From Leptospirales bacterium (GTDB lineage: Bacteria; Spirochaetota; Leptospiria; Turneriellales; JAOUFE01), in contig JBEQLE010000005.1 in the NCBI GenBank assembly GCA_040326155.1, forward strand, positions 1-64,000: a DNA stretch of 64,000 nt, given 5' to 3'. The first letter of the stretch is position 1; each line of letters opens with the position of its first letter. The position numbers were made by a program, and so were the translations under genes. Shown in pieces: positions 27,256 to 37,987 of this stretch. Below the pieces are notes generated by a model. That model worked only from the letters and a program-made list of their open reading frames with translations, did not search any database and was not told the origin of the DNA.

Positions 27256-28383
27256 ATGGGAGAAGCATCATTATCACAAGATGAAATAGACGCACTATTA
27301 ATGGGGGCAGAGGATGTTGACGCGCCCGCTGCGCCGGAATTTCCAGAACCAGCGCCTGCTAGTTCGGGGGGCGGTTCGAGTGCGGCTTTAGGTGGTGTCT
27401 TTAACGACGCTATGGCTACGGCGGCAAATTCAGCTACCTCATTAATAACTAAGAATGTCGAGATTGCTAATGTCGAAATCGAACCTAGCGATACCGGCGC
27501 AATGTCCAGGTCAACAATACCTGGTTCCGTGGTTATTTCCATTACAATGGGGGCCAGTAATAGTACTTTTACTATTGAGGCCGAAGCAGCCAAGAAAATA
27601 TCAATGCTCATGATGGGCGCCGATATGCCGCCGGCTGAACTTGATGAAGCGTATTTATCTACACTGGGAGAGCTTGCGAACACGATCGCGTCTTCTATGT
27701 CGAACAGTCTGGGAGGCAAGTTTAAAGACGACTTGCAACCCGGAGTTCCCGATATAAAGGTTTATAACAGCGAGGCAGACCTACCGCCTTTTGCCGGTAG
27801 TAATATTACAAAGTTTACATATGACTTGAAAATTGAAGGGGAGACCCCGACAAAACTTGTTCATTACATTGATGCGCAAAGTACCGATAAGTGGGCTTCA
27901 GCCATAGCCGGACCTGCGGCAGCGCCCATGGCTCCCCCCATGAATCTTGGACAACCCCAGGCGCAACCACAGGCGGCTCCACAGCAGCAGGCATTTGGTG
28001 GTATGATGGGCGGAGCGCCTCAAGCACAATCCATGGGTGATGTAGCGATTAATCCGGTGAATTTTCCAAGCCTCAGCGCCGGGGGACCGGCTATGGCAGC
28101 GGGAAGCGGTCAGATTCCATCGAATATCGATCTTTTGATGGATGTTCAGATGGTTCTTACCGTAGAGCTGGGCAGAACGAAAAAGTATGTTAAAGATATT
28201 CTGGGTCTTGGTGAGGGTTCGATTATCGAACTTGATAAACTGGCCGGTGAACCGGTTGACCTTTTGGTCAATGGGAAACTGATCGCGAAAGGCGAAGTTG
28301 TGGTAATTGACGAAAACTTCGGTGTTCGGGTAACCGACATTGTAGGACCTGCCGAACGATTAGCTCGAATGACATCGGGTTAA
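27256..28383 (+). CDS. fliY: Flagellar switch protein FliY (CheC-like + FliN domain)
   Basis: LSQDEIDALL CheY-binding peptide; GELANT phosphatase-type motif; C-terminal LLMDVQMVLTVELG..GEVVVIDENFGVRVT. Confidence 0.9.
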   Translation: MGEASLSQDEIDALLMGAEDVDAPAAPEFPEPAPASSGGGSSAALGGVFNDAMATAANSATSLITKNVEIANVEIEPSDTGAMSRSTIPGSVVISITMGASNSTFTIEAEAAKKISMLMMGADMPPAELDEAYLSTLGELANTIASSMSNSLGGKFKDDLQPGVPDIKVYNSEADLPPFAGSNITKFTYDLKIEGETPTKLVHYIDAQSTDKWASAIAGPAAAPMAPPMNLGQPQAQPQAAPQQQAFGGMMGGAPQAQSMGDVAINPVNFPSLSAGGPAMAAGSGQIPSNIDLLMDVQMVLTVELGRTKKYVKDILGLGEGSIIELDKLAGEPVDLLVNGKLIAKGEVVVIDENFGVRVTDIVGPAERLARMTSG

Positions 28384-28391
28384 TGAGTTTA

Positions 28392-28934
28392 TTACCGAAG
28401 GGTAGTTGCAGATACTTCGTTAGAAAATTCAGACAATGTATCAAACTGGGAGTGGGCTTTTATTTTAAAATAATAGGTCACTCCTGTCTCAAAAGGGACG
28501 TAGTACACAACGGTGGAACCATCGATTGCTTGTGTTACTCCCATATAATCATATAGAGTAACGGAAACAGTGTTTGTCAGGTCGTAATCGGCGCTGGAGT
28601 GAACAAAGGTTGGCACGGAGCCGTCATAATTATAGGCTTTGAGGTTTAAATTCCCCCCGCCATCTCCGCTGGAATGACGTGAAATATACAAATTGTAACC
28701 GTCAAAAGTATCTTCTTTATTTTGAACATTATATTCAACTTTAAACTTTTGTCCAGATAAGGCGGTAACGGCCAGGTCGACCGGCCTTTCAAGAAATTCT
28801 TGTTCGTTATAAGAGAGGTTCAAAACGCATCCGCCGGAAGTTACCAATAACAAAGGTAACCAAAGCAGTAATATTTGTTTTAAAGAACGTCTCACAAAAT
28901 AAAAATACGCACGAGGTTTCAAAGCGTCAATCAA
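28392..28934 (-). CDS. Hypothetical lipoprotein with a fibronectin-III-like fold (true start likely downstream)
   Basis: LLLVTSGGC lipobox-like motif; GYNLY..GVTYYFKIKA..SEFSNEVSAT. Confidence 0.65.
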   Translation of the reverse strand: MIDALKPRAYFYFVRRSLKQILLLWLPLLLVTSGGCVLNLSYNEQEFLERPVDLAVTALSGQKFKVEYNVQNKEDTFDGYNLYISRHSSGDGGGNLNLKAYNYDGSVPTFVHSSADYDLTNTVSVTLYDYMGVTQAIDGSTVVYYVPFETGVTYYFKIKAHSQFDTLSEFSNEVSATTLR

Positions 28935-28951
28935 AATATTGTAAAGTTACT

Positions 28952-30607
28952 TCAATACCTTTCAGTAGAGCGAATTCGTATTATTCGGACTTTGGCGCGA
29001 ATAATAAAAAGGGATGAACCGCCAATGGAATGGTTCAGGTATCTTTGAGGGTTTTTTAAGTAGTCGTTTATATCGATTGTTAAATATTTCGAGGTGTCAT
29101 TGTATTGTAACACCATTCCAAAACCGGAATCGGTAAGAAAGGGCATTCCTTTTTGACCAGGTAACAAATAGAGCATAAAGTAATATGTTTTCTCTTTTTC
29201 TAAAATCAGTTTGCCCGATCTGTCAAAAATTTGTGAGCGCGGCAGGGTAATCCAGAAAGGTTTTCCGTCGATGTCGAGCAGAACCCTTACGGAATTTTCT
29301 TCGGAGGTTGGCGTGGCATTTGAAAATATGGGTTCTAGAGAGTAGTGCGCCAGCGCCGTGGGTCTATATTTTGTTATAACTTTTAAACCCGAAAAAGTTT
29401 CGTAGAGTTCAGTCGCATTTTCAGGGGTTACGGAGATGGTCCCGTTTTTAGAAATATTTAATTTTTTGGCAGTTTTGAAATCATCTATGGAATTTTGGTA
29501 CAGGTCATCTCCATTTAAAAATAGAAAAAACTGATGACCGCTGGAAAGCCCGACTTTTTGTCTGTAAATAATATTGGCATAAGAAATACCCATTCTGGAA
29601 CTTTTCTCGGCTGCTGCATTTTTCCAGAATACTCTTTCGCTCGGACTCATGCGGGGGCTTCCAATAATATGAACATGATGCTCTTGAGCAAGTATTCGCA
29701 GTTTTCCGCGAACCCGTTGCCGCGAATTGTCGCTACGTGGAGCTCCCGATACAACTAAAAGAATAACCGATTTTTTTTCAGATTTTTCATCGGGTACTAT
29801 GTTTTTAAGTAGTGTATAATATAAGTTGTCGTCTTTATCATTTCCTTTGCAGGGGATGTTTTGAACATAATCTATAATTTTTAATTTATCGTGGCTTACA
29901 CCGGAAGTTTCCACATGGTTGTAACCGTTCACCGATATAACTGAACTTTTACCTGCCGGGTAAAGTCGAAGGGCTTTCGATAGCGGACCTAATTCGGCGA
30001 ATGATCTTCCTCTGGCGTCAATGGCAATTGTTAATGGTATATCGAATCCGCGAGAGGAGGCTGCGAATTTTACAAAAAACGAAGATTGAAAACGAATTCT
30101 GGCATACCTGCCTAGAAGTTCCCAGGCGTTGTATCCTTTTTCTTGAATTTCGTCGGTTAATAGTCCCGAGTGCGAGTAATAAATTGTGCCAGTAATAAAA
30201 AAAGATTTATCAGAGCCCGTAATTTCCGTTATCAATAAATTATCAACATCTAGTTTTTGCGCGACGGTTTTTAACTGCCCGAGGCTGAGTCCATGGTTGG
30301 GGTGTATGCCGAGCTCACGAAAAACTTTTTCAACTTTTTGCGGGGCTATAATATTATTTACTTTGCCAGCTTTCAGGTAGAGATAAACGGTGCGGGCAAG
30401 TTCCCAGGGGGTTAATCGGTTGTCGATTGGTTCGGCCCGGTTTCCTGTTTGCAGGTGGGACGAATTGATCTGTTTTATTTTAACGGGTAATACTGCGTAA
30501 GTTGACGAATAAATGGCGGTCGAAAAAAAAAATAATCCAGCCAGGGTAAGTATACTGCGAATCGCTTTCATGGATGGTGATTTTTCGAGTTTAATTTTCA
30601 ACGTCAA
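28952..30607 (-). CDS. Hypothetical exported protein
   Basis: 551-aa ORF overlapping the upstream gene, with a signal-like segment; no recognised motif. Confidence 0.7.
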   Translation of the reverse strand: MTLKIKLEKSPSMKAIRSILTLAGLFFFSTAIYSSTYAVLPVKIKQINSSHLQTGNRAEPIDNRLTPWELARTVYLYLKAGKVNNIIAPQKVEKVFRELGIHPNHGLSLGQLKTVAQKLDVDNLLITEITGSDKSFFITGTIYYSHSGLLTDEIQEKGYNAWELLGRYARIRFQSSFFVKFAASSRGFDIPLTIAIDARGRSFAELGPLSKALRLYPAGKSSVISVNGYNHVETSGVSHDKLKIIDYVQNIPCKGNDKDDNLYYTLLKNIVPDEKSEKKSVILLVVSGAPRSDNSRQRVRGKLRILAQEHHVHIIGSPRMSPSERVFWKNAAAEKSSRMGISYANIIYRQKVGLSSGHQFFLFLNGDDLYQNSIDDFKTAKKLNISKNGTISVTPENATELYETFSGLKVITKYRPTALAHYSLEPIFSNATPTSEENSVRVLLDIDGKPFWITLPRSQIFDRSGKLILEKEKTYYFMLYLLPGQKGMPFLTDSGFGMVLQYNDTSKYLTIDINDYLKNPQRYLNHSIGGSSLFIIRAKVRIIRIRSTERY

Positions 30608-32075
30608 TGACTTTAAATTCAGTCCTGCGGTTTAAGCGGTTGGCTTTCGGTTCTTTATTGTTTATAACGGGCCGTGTTTCTCCGGCTCCTTCAATTTTAA
30701 GTTTGTTTGTAACCCCTTTGTCCACTAAATATTTTTTCACCGAAGAGGCCCGTTTTTGTGATAGTTTTAAATTAAATTCCTCTTTGCCGATTAAGTCGGT
30801 GTGTCCGATAATTTTCAATTTCATCCCTTGGTGTTTTTTTAAATATGCCGCCAATCGATCAAGATAAACGTAAGACTCTTCTTGTATCTGGTCTGAATTG
30901 TGGTCAAAGTGTATCGACTGTATTGTGAAGCTACGATTTTTTTCGATGGGTTGTAATACAATGGGGAAAACCCCATCTCGGTAATCAACAGCGAGTACTT
31001 TTTTGTAATAGGGTAGATAACCCTCTTTTTCAATAAAAATATCAATATATTCAGGTCGGTGATCCACTTTAAGCATGAGCTTTCCATCTTTGTCAGAAGT
31101 TTTGGTGGTTTCAAGGGTGGGCGCAGAGGGTTTCGGGATTCTAAATTTTACATCTACCGAAAGATTTTTTTTTGTACTTATATCCTTAATCGTAAAACGT
31201 AAGAAAATATCATCGGACACTGGTTCTGAAAGAATATCAAAATGCAATTTTTTACTTTCGCTTTCATGGGTTCTGCTGTAGAAGAGCCGGTCATTGTAGA
31301 TCGAGAAATAGGTTTCAGCCTGGTCGGTATTGATGGGGGGGCCAAGGTTGACAGGCAGCCCGAACTCTCCTTCGCGATGAGATACATAATAAATATCAAA
31401 GCTGCCCTCTCCTTCGGGTCGGTTGGAAGAAAAGTAGAACCCCTGGTCATTTTCATCGGGTATAAGACTAATTTCAATGTCGGGTGAGTTTATTGGTTCA
31501 GGAAACTCAGTTGCTTCTTCGAAACTGCCATTTACCATATTTGCATACATAAGTTGTGCATTCTGTATGTGCCCGAATTCATATCTGCTGAAATAGACAA
31601 TTTTACCATCATGGCTGAGGGAGGGAGCTTTTTCATGGTAGGCTGTATTTACTTTGCCCGGAATTTTTACGGGTCTGGTCCATTGGCCTTTTACTAAGTG
31701 AGACCAATATAGATCGTGGGAGACCCGTATCTGACCTTTCGAGTTTTTCGCCATTTCGGCGCTTCCGTCTCGGTCTGAGGTAAAGATGATTACTTTTCCG
31801 TTTCGTGCGATGTAAGGGGCTTCGTCATTATAAGGTGAATTAAGTACCTGGAACTTGGCAGGTTTTGCCCATTCATCATTTTCAAACTGAGAAATATAGA
31901 TATTATTATAGCGATCTTTTTCTCTTTTGCTGTAAAAAACCATGAAGGAACCATCCGGTGCGACTGAAGGCGCCAGTTCATGGTATGAGGTATTTATATT
32001 TTTCATGTTCTCGCCAAAGGCGGGGTGGGCGACCAGGAATATAAATAAGGCAGAGATAAAGAGATAGATTTTCAT
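30591..32075 (-). CDS. PD40/TolB-like propeller + OmpA-domain protein
   Basis: Repeated IN(S/T)xxxExxP..DG..FxS units; C-terminal GHTD..NLKLSQKRA..NRRTEF. Confidence 0.9.
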   Translation of the reverse strand: MKIYLFISALFIFLVAHPAFGENMKNINTSYHELAPSVAPDGSFMVFYSKREKDRYNNIYISQFENDEWAKPAKFQVLNSPYNDEAPYIARNGKVIIFTSDRDGSAEMAKNSKGQIRVSHDLYWSHLVKGQWTRPVKIPGKVNTAYHEKAPSLSHDGKIVYFSRYEFGHIQNAQLMYANMVNGSFEEATEFPEPINSPDIEISLIPDENDQGFYFSSNRPEGEGSFDIYYVSHREGEFGLPVNLGPPINTDQAETYFSIYNDRLFYSRTHESESKKLHFDILSEPVSDDIFLRFTIKDISTKKNLSVDVKFRIPKPSAPTLETTKTSDKDGKLMLKVDHRPEYIDIFIEKEGYLPYYKKVLAVDYRDGVFPIVLQPIEKNRSFTIQSIHFDHNSDQIQEESYVYLDRLAAYLKKHQGMKLKIIGHTDLIGKEEFNLKLSQKRASSVKKYLVDKGVTNKLKIEGAGETRPVINNKEPKANRLNRRTEFKVIDVEN

Positions 32076-32186
32076 ATCTTATTATCGGTGAACTTCGGAA
32101 TCTGGGTTAGTGAAATTTTTTATAAAGATGAGTTAAGGAAGGCAGGAAGGGCAAGAATAATAAAAAACATAATTCCTTGAAATTTT

Positions 32187-32546
32187 ATGAGAATACTATT
32201 CTTTTGCATAAAAATCCTGTTATGTGAAATGCCTAATGTTATTTTCTCACCCGAATTCAACCACATTTTGGGGCTAACTCCGCTTAACCGCAAGAACTCG
32301 CAAAAAACTGGCAAGTCAATACGGCTCGCTTCATGCGTTGGTGAACAACGCCGCAGCGACCTGGGTTTCGCCGGCCACGAGTCACCCGACTGCGGCCCCC
32401 AAACCCCCGCCTGGCTCGTCACCTCGCAAGAGGTCACCGACATAACCGGAGCCAACTTTGAATACATGCGCCAGGTCCTCTGCCAATTTATTCGCGATAA
32501 TGAACAAATCAAACGTTTGTATGAAGTTTGTAAGGGATATGTTTAA
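32187..32546 (+). pseudogene. GC-rich mosaic relic; doubtful ORF
   Basis: Composition differs from neighbours; hairpin-rich; only the C-terminal part looks protein-like (helix-turn-helix-like). Confidence 0.35.
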
Positions 32547-32565
32547 TTACGCGCGATAAATAAAT

Positions 32566-35500
32566 TTATTTTATTTCTTTATGAGTTTTCACCCGATTTC
32601 TACCTTTATGTTTTGCCGCATAAAGGGCCTTATCTGCTCTTTCAATTAATAAACCAGGTGTTTCCGTTGAGGTAGGTTTAATCGTGGCTACACCTTCACT
32701 CACCGTAACCACTTTTAAAATTTCAGAAAAATCATGTTTGAGGGCTAAACTTTCAATATGCCTTTGGATGTTTTCAGCAATAACGAAAGCTCCTTGAGCC
32801 GTAGTATTCGGAAGAATAACGGCAAACTCTTCTCCTCCGTATCTTGCGGCAATATCCGTTGGCCGGTTTAATTGACCACGAATTGCATCAGCCACAATTT
32901 TAATACATTCATCGCCTTTTTGATGCCCATATCCATCATTGTATTTTTTAAAAAAGTCGATATCAATCATAATTAGCGATAATAAATTATGATCGCGAAT
33001 ACCATTGTCCCATTCTGCGTTAATAAATTCATCGAAATGCCTTCTATTGGCCAGACCTGTTAGAGCGTCTACTACTGCCAGTCGCTGTAGTATCCGGTTG
33101 GCATCAACAATCTCTTGCATAGCAACTTTCAATTTTTCTTTTTCTTCTTCAATTATTCTGGTTCGGTCTATTACTTTATCTTCAAGAGTTTCATAATGCC
33201 TTGCGTTTTCTATTGAAATAGCTGCTTGCGTAGAAATCATTTCAAGCATTTCAATACGGCTTTCAGTAAAAGCGTCAGAAGTTAAATTGTTTTCAAGATA
33301 AATTATTCCGGTGACTTCCCCTTTGTATCTAACGGGGGTACACAAAACAGATTTTATTTGATTTTTCTTGAAGTAAGAATCATTCTCAAACCTGTGGTCA
33401 ATACCATCACCAGTCAGCATAACAACCTCCGAAGTTCTAGAAACAAATTGAACCATTGAAAATGGAATCCTGTCGTAACCTTCAGCCGGAGTTCTTTCAA
33501 ATTTTAATAAAGAATTCTCTTCTATTGAATCTTCCGCTTCAATCCATAATTGGTTATTTTCATTGGATATAAATATTCCACGCTGGGCCCCCGCATTTTC
33601 AATAATAATATGCATTAATTTTTTTAACAAGGAATCGAATTTAATCTCGCTGGAAATAGCAACGGTTGCTTTAACAACGGTATCAATATCAAGGAGTGAT
33701 TTTGTAGTAGAAGAGATCTCTACCTTGCCAGGCACACTGGTGTTAGAAAAATTTTCGGGTTTCAGTAAAGTTTTATTCGTAGTTCGATTGCTTAAATCCA
33801 CACTCCCAGCGAAGGCCTGTAGATTGGAAAATTCCGCTTCTGTTTTTTCAGCTATTGCCTTTGCCCCCCATGCACTGTACCCTGAGATGGCATCTCGAAG
33901 AAACGGCCAGGCCAGTTTCTTATTGTTTTCTTTAACAAGCAATCGTCCTGCCAGCTCATTGGCAATGCCGCTTTTTTGAATGAATCCGTTTTTAAGAGCG
34001 CTTTGCGAGGCCTCTTCATAAAGTCTAATTGCACTCAGCACTTTTCCTTTATGTTTTTCAAGCTCAGCAGATACGAGCAAGTATTGATAGCCAAAATTTA
34101 CCGGGTTCTTATCTGCCCATGATTTTATTTTTTTTTGAATCTTGCGAATTTCTTTAAGGTATTTTTTCCGGGGTTTTTGATTATAAAGAGCTGATAAAAT
34201 AAGTGCAGTAATGAAATAATGCTCAGTCGTATGAAGCATAGCAAGAGAATATTTCAAATATTTTTTAGACTCCAGCGAAATGTTATATGCTTCCGAGAAA
34301 TTTCCCCATAAGTAAAGAGAGAACATCTTATTGACATAGTAAAAATGGGAAAAGTGAAGGGCTGTAAAAGTATTAATTTCTTTAATATACTCTTCTTCAA
34401 CCAGGTTGTTATCCGAAAATGAATCCCGGCTGGATGTTAATCCGTTTAAATTAGCAATAGTGCTGAGAACCGATTGGATTGTTCCCACTGCCTCTTTGTT
34501 GGCAATTCGGTGCATAAATTCCTGGAAATTTTCTGCAATTTTTTTAACTTCATCGAGGTTGACTCCCCTTATAAACTGGCTCATCACCAGAGTAGATACG
34601 GCACAGGAAACATGGAAAAAATCTCCCGTATGTAAGCCACTTTCATAAGATGCCTTATAGTATTCCTCTGTTTCCGTAACCGGCCGCAACCAGAAATTTG
34701 TAAAATAGGCGGAAACAAAATTTATTTCGCTACGCTGATTTTTGTAATCAAATTTTTCGTTCATGGACAGAGCGAGGCGGCCAAACTCGTAACCACTTTG
34801 GTGGTTACCCAGTACTCCCCCTCTAAATATCCCCCCATAAACCAGATACGATACAGCATTATCTTTAATGTTCCCGTATTTAAGACTTAAAGTAACTCCT
34901 TTAATTGCGTTATGAATGCAAAGTTCAGGCCGAATTTGGTACGCAGCTTTAAGTAAAGCTGCAATAAGTTTCATGGCATAGGCCTTATCTTCATTTTCAC
35001 ACAAAGACAGGTTAACAAGGTCCTCAATTTTTTTCCCCGCCATTTTAATTTTAAGTTTAATAAAGTCCTTAATTAACAGGGGAGGGATAAAAGCTGAAGG
35101 GAGTTTTACACCATAAAGCCGGACAGCCTTTCTCCCGGTTTGGTAGGCAGTTTTAAAGTCACCAAGGTTTGTATAAAAATGAATCATCTTTTCATATACG
35201 GCTGATTTTTGATCCCTGTTTGATGCAATTTCCAGCGTTTCATTAAATATTTTTTTAGCATTTTCATGATTACCGCACAAATGTTCAATTTCAGCTAACT
35301 CCAGATTCACTTTATGCCAGAAATCGTTGTGTGTTTTAAATAAATCTTCTTTCAATAAATTCCGCGCTGTTTGAATATACCGAAGAGCCGGTTCATAAGC
35401 GATAGATTCTTTTGCCCGAATCGCTGCCTGCAAATTGAGTTTTGCCAATTCCAGCTTTTCCTTTGCATCAACAATTAAATCCAAGGCAAGATCGTAATGA

Positions 35501-37683
35501 TTGACAATTTCAAAAATATATTCCGATAAATGCTTTTCCTTTACTTCGGCTAAGCGAAGCTTCCCTATTTTCAAATGAAACACAGATTTCTCACCGGAAC
35601 TGAGCATATCGTAAGCAGCTTGTTGAACCCTGTCATGAAGGAACCTGTACTCAACGTCAAAAGCAATATCTGTCTCCGGGTTATCACTGATATATTTATA
35701 ATTATCTCCTATCGGCTGAATTAGATCGCTTGAGACAGCCGGGGTAAGTTGTGTAATTACTTCAGCATGCGGTAATTGCAGTAAAAATAAAAGTTCTTTA
35801 TGGGTAAATTTATTGCCAATGCAAGCTGCTCTTTTTATCAACTGCTGGCTCGGCTCGGGAAGTTTTTTAATATTTTTTATCATTAAATCGATAACATTAT
35901 CAGAATCTTCCAGGTTTTGAATACTTTGAATATCCCAGGTCCAGACTTTTTCAGCAACGCTAAACATGGCCAATTTAGACTGGTAAATATCAATTAACAA
36001 TTGATTAATAAAAAGAGGGTTACCATTGGTTTTTTTATGTATAACTTCGGCTAATGATAAGGAGTTCTCTTCGGTGCACAAAAACGTATCACAAATTATC
36101 TCTTGAACCGTGGACAATGAAAATGGCAACAACAATAATTCATTAACAAGATTATTGGCCTTTTTAAATCGGGCAAGCATCACTAAAAGCGGGTGCGACA
36201 AATCCACTTCGTTGCTGCGGTATGCTCCAATGACAAATAAATGAGTTATCTCCGTATCGGTACAAATTATCTCGATTAAATTCAAGGAAGCTGCATCTGC
36301 CCAATGAAGGTCGTCTAAAAACATTGCCAAAGGATGTTCTTTCGTTCCAAAGACCTGAACGAACTTTTTAAAATAAAAATTAAACATGTTTTGTGACTCT
36401 AGAGCACCGAGCGTCGGAACCTCCGGTTGCTCTCCGATAATAATTTCCAGCTGCGGAAGAACATCGATTATGATTTGACCGCTTCCCTCCAGAGCCTCCA
36501 GAATTTTAAGTTTCCAGATTTCAATTTGACTATCACTCTGTGTAAGAATCTGGCGTATTAAATCCTGAAAAGCCTGAATAACCGCAGAGTATGGTATATT
36601 TCTTTTATATTGCTCAAATTTACCATTTATAAAATGGCCGGTGGATTCAGTAATCGGTTTGTATATTTCATGAATCAAGGATGATTTCCCGACCCCTGAA
36701 TAACCTGAAACCAACATGATTCCGGTTTGGCCATTGCAAACGCTCTCATACGCAGATAGAAGTTTCTGGATTTCGCTTTCACGACCATAAAGCTTATCCG
36801 GTATTTTAAATATATCCGGGGTATCGTTCATTCCCGCACGGAAGTTTTCTAAAGATCGATTAGTATTTAGGCTGGTTAATATTTTTTCAAAGTCCGATTT
36901 AACGGTAAAGGCGCTTTTATAACGGTCTTCGGCATTTTTTGCCATCATTTTCAAAACGACATCCGATATTGCCTTTGGGATTGTATCATAGGTTTCATAC
37001 AATTGTTTTGGCGCTTTTGCAATATGCATATGAACCAGTTCCATGTTGTCGTTTGCAATAAAAGGTCTTTTTCTTGAAAAAAGCTCATAAAATGTAACAC
37101 CAAGAGAATAAATATCCGACTGATAGCGAATGGGTCGGTTCATTCTACCAGTTTGTTCGGGTGAAATGTAAGCAAGTGTGCCTTCAAGGTGGTCCGGGTT
37201 CGTTAGCTCCTGGTTTTCATGGGTAAGCCTGGTGGCAATTTCAAAATCAATAACTTTTATAACCCCGGTTTCCGGATTAAATAAAATATTATTTGGATTG
37301 ATGTCTTTATGAATAATTCCACTATTATGAATCTCTGCAAGAATGCCTGCGATTACAGCTGCAAGCTGATAACGATCCATTAAAGAAACCGTGTTATCCT
37401 CTATAATATTGTTTAAGGGCTCTCCTTTAAAATCTTCCATTACCAATATTGGATAATTGTCCAATTTCTCGTAAGCTAAAATCTTGATAACACCATTTAT
37501 ATTTAGATCGTTTAATAGTTTATATTCGTGTTTTAAACGGGCAACTTCAATAGGCTGTGGAAACTCAGAATTCATTGCACGAATAATGACAGTTTCCCCG
37601 GTAGTTACTTTTTTTGCGCGGATAATACTGGAATGCTTTCCGGTAAACAAGGTTTCCATTCGTTTGTATTTTTTATTTTGCAT
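32566..37683 (-). CDS. Ser/Thr-kinase-like + AAA ATPase + TPR-like + GAF + GGDEF diguanylate cyclase
   Basis: HKDINPNN, GTLAYISPEQTGRMNR, Walker A GYSGVGKS, LDDLHWAD, FLHDRVQQAAY, GAF (IENAGAQRG..YLENN), RPTD I-site and RYGGEEF. Confidence 0.93.
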   Translation of the reverse strand: MQNKKYKRMETLFTGKHSSIIRAKKVTTGETVIIRAMNSEFPQPIEVARLKHEYKLLNDLNINGVIKILAYEKLDNYPILVMEDFKGEPLNNIIEDNTVSLMDRYQLAAVIAGILAEIHNSGIIHKDINPNNILFNPETGVIKVIDFEIATRLTHENQELTNPDHLEGTLAYISPEQTGRMNRPIRYQSDIYSLGVTFYELFSRKRPFIANDNMELVHMHIAKAPKQLYETYDTIPKAISDVVLKMMAKNAEDRYKSAFTVKSDFEKILTSLNTNRSLENFRAGMNDTPDIFKIPDKLYGRESEIQKLLSAYESVCNGQTGIMLVSGYSGVGKSSLIHEIYKPITESTGHFINGKFEQYKRNIPYSAVIQAFQDLIRQILTQSDSQIEIWKLKILEALEGSGQIIIDVLPQLEIIIGEQPEVPTLGALESQNMFNFYFKKFVQVFGTKEHPLAMFLDDLHWADAASLNLIEIICTDTEITHLFVIGAYRSNEVDLSHPLLVMLARFKKANNLVNELLLLPFSLSTVQEIICDTFLCTEENSLSLAEVIHKKTNGNPLFINQLLIDIYQSKLAMFSVAEKVWTWDIQSIQNLEDSDNVIDLMIKNIKKLPEPSQQLIKRAACIGNKFTHKELLFLLQLPHAEVITQLTPAVSSDLIQPIGDNYKYISDNPETDIAFDVEYRFLHDRVQQAAYDMLSSGEKSVFHLKIGKLRLAEVKEKHLSEYIFEIVNHYDLALDLIVDAKEKLELAKLNLQAAIRAKESIAYEPALRYIQTARNLLKEDLFKTHNDFWHKVNLELAEIEHLCGNHENAKKIFNETLEIASNRDQKSAVYEKMIHFYTNLGDFKTAYQTGRKAVRLYGVKLPSAFIPPLLIKDFIKLKIKMAGKKIEDLVNLSLCENEDKAYAMKLIAALLKAAYQIRPELCIHNAIKGVTLSLKYGNIKDNAVSYLVYGGIFRGGVLGNHQSGYEFGRLALSMNEKFDYKNQRSEINFVSAYFTNFWLRPVTETEEYYKASYESGLHTGDFFHVSCAVSTLVMSQFIRGVNLDEVKKIAENFQEFMHRIANKEAVGTIQSVLSTIANLNGLTSSRDSFSDNNLVEEEYIKEINTFTALHFSHFYYVNKMFSLYLWGNFSEAYNISLESKKYLKYSLAMLHTTEHYFITALILSALYNQKPRKKYLKEIRKIQKKIKSWADKNPVNFGYQYLLVSAELEKHKGKVLSAIRLYEEASQSALKNGFIQKSGIANELAGRLLVKENNKKLAWPFLRDAISGYSAWGAKAIAEKTEAEFSNLQAFAGSVDLSNRTTNKTLLKPENFSNTSVPGKVEISSTTKSLLDIDTVVKATVAISSEIKFDSLLKKLMHIIIENAGAQRGIFISNENNQLWIEAEDSIEENSLLKFERTPAEGYDRIPFSMVQFVSRTSEVVMLTGDGIDHRFENDSYFKKNQIKSVLCTPVRYKGEVTGIIYLENNLTSDAFTESRIEMLEMISTQAAISIENARHYETLEDKVIDRTRIIEEEKEKLKVAMQEIVDANRILQRLAVVDALTGLANRRHFDEFINAEWDNGIRDHNLLSLIMIDIDFFKKYNDGYGHQKGDECIKIVADAIRGQLNRPTDIAARYGGEEFAVILPNTTAQGAFVIAENIQRHIESLALKHDFSEILKVVTVSEGVATIKPTSTETPGLLIERADKALYAAKHKGRNRVKTHKEIK

Positions 37684-37893
37684 ATTATAGCTACCAAAAT
37701 CGATTGAATACTAGTATAGATTAAACCGATAATCCGGCAATAAAAATAATACGTATAATGTCGCTGAGGGATACATTTACCAAATTCGTGAATATACGAT
37801 AAAAAAATACCTGACTTGTGCAACGATTATTGCATAATCTAACAATAGAGTAGAAAACGGCACAATAGTTTAAAAATTAAAAAGGAGAGTACA

Positions 37894-37947
37894 ATGATAA
37901 ATAGTGTTTTAAGAACGATGCAAACGGAGGATTGGGCAGCGGGTTAA
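37894..37947 (+). CDS. Small ORF (17 aa, MINSVLRTMQTEDWAAG) or gene relic
   Basis: Strong AAAGGAG RBS; terminator hairpin about 40 nt after the stop. Confidence 0.4.
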   Translation: MINSVLRTMQTEDWAAG

Positions 37948-37987
37948 GATGGAAAATTATTGGAATTATATTCACCTTCCTGATTTT

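Noticed and set aside
27256..28383. Calling this gene fliM
   Set aside because: It shares LSQDEIDALL with FliM but has a FliN-type C-terminus and lacks the FliM YDF motif, which fits FliY.
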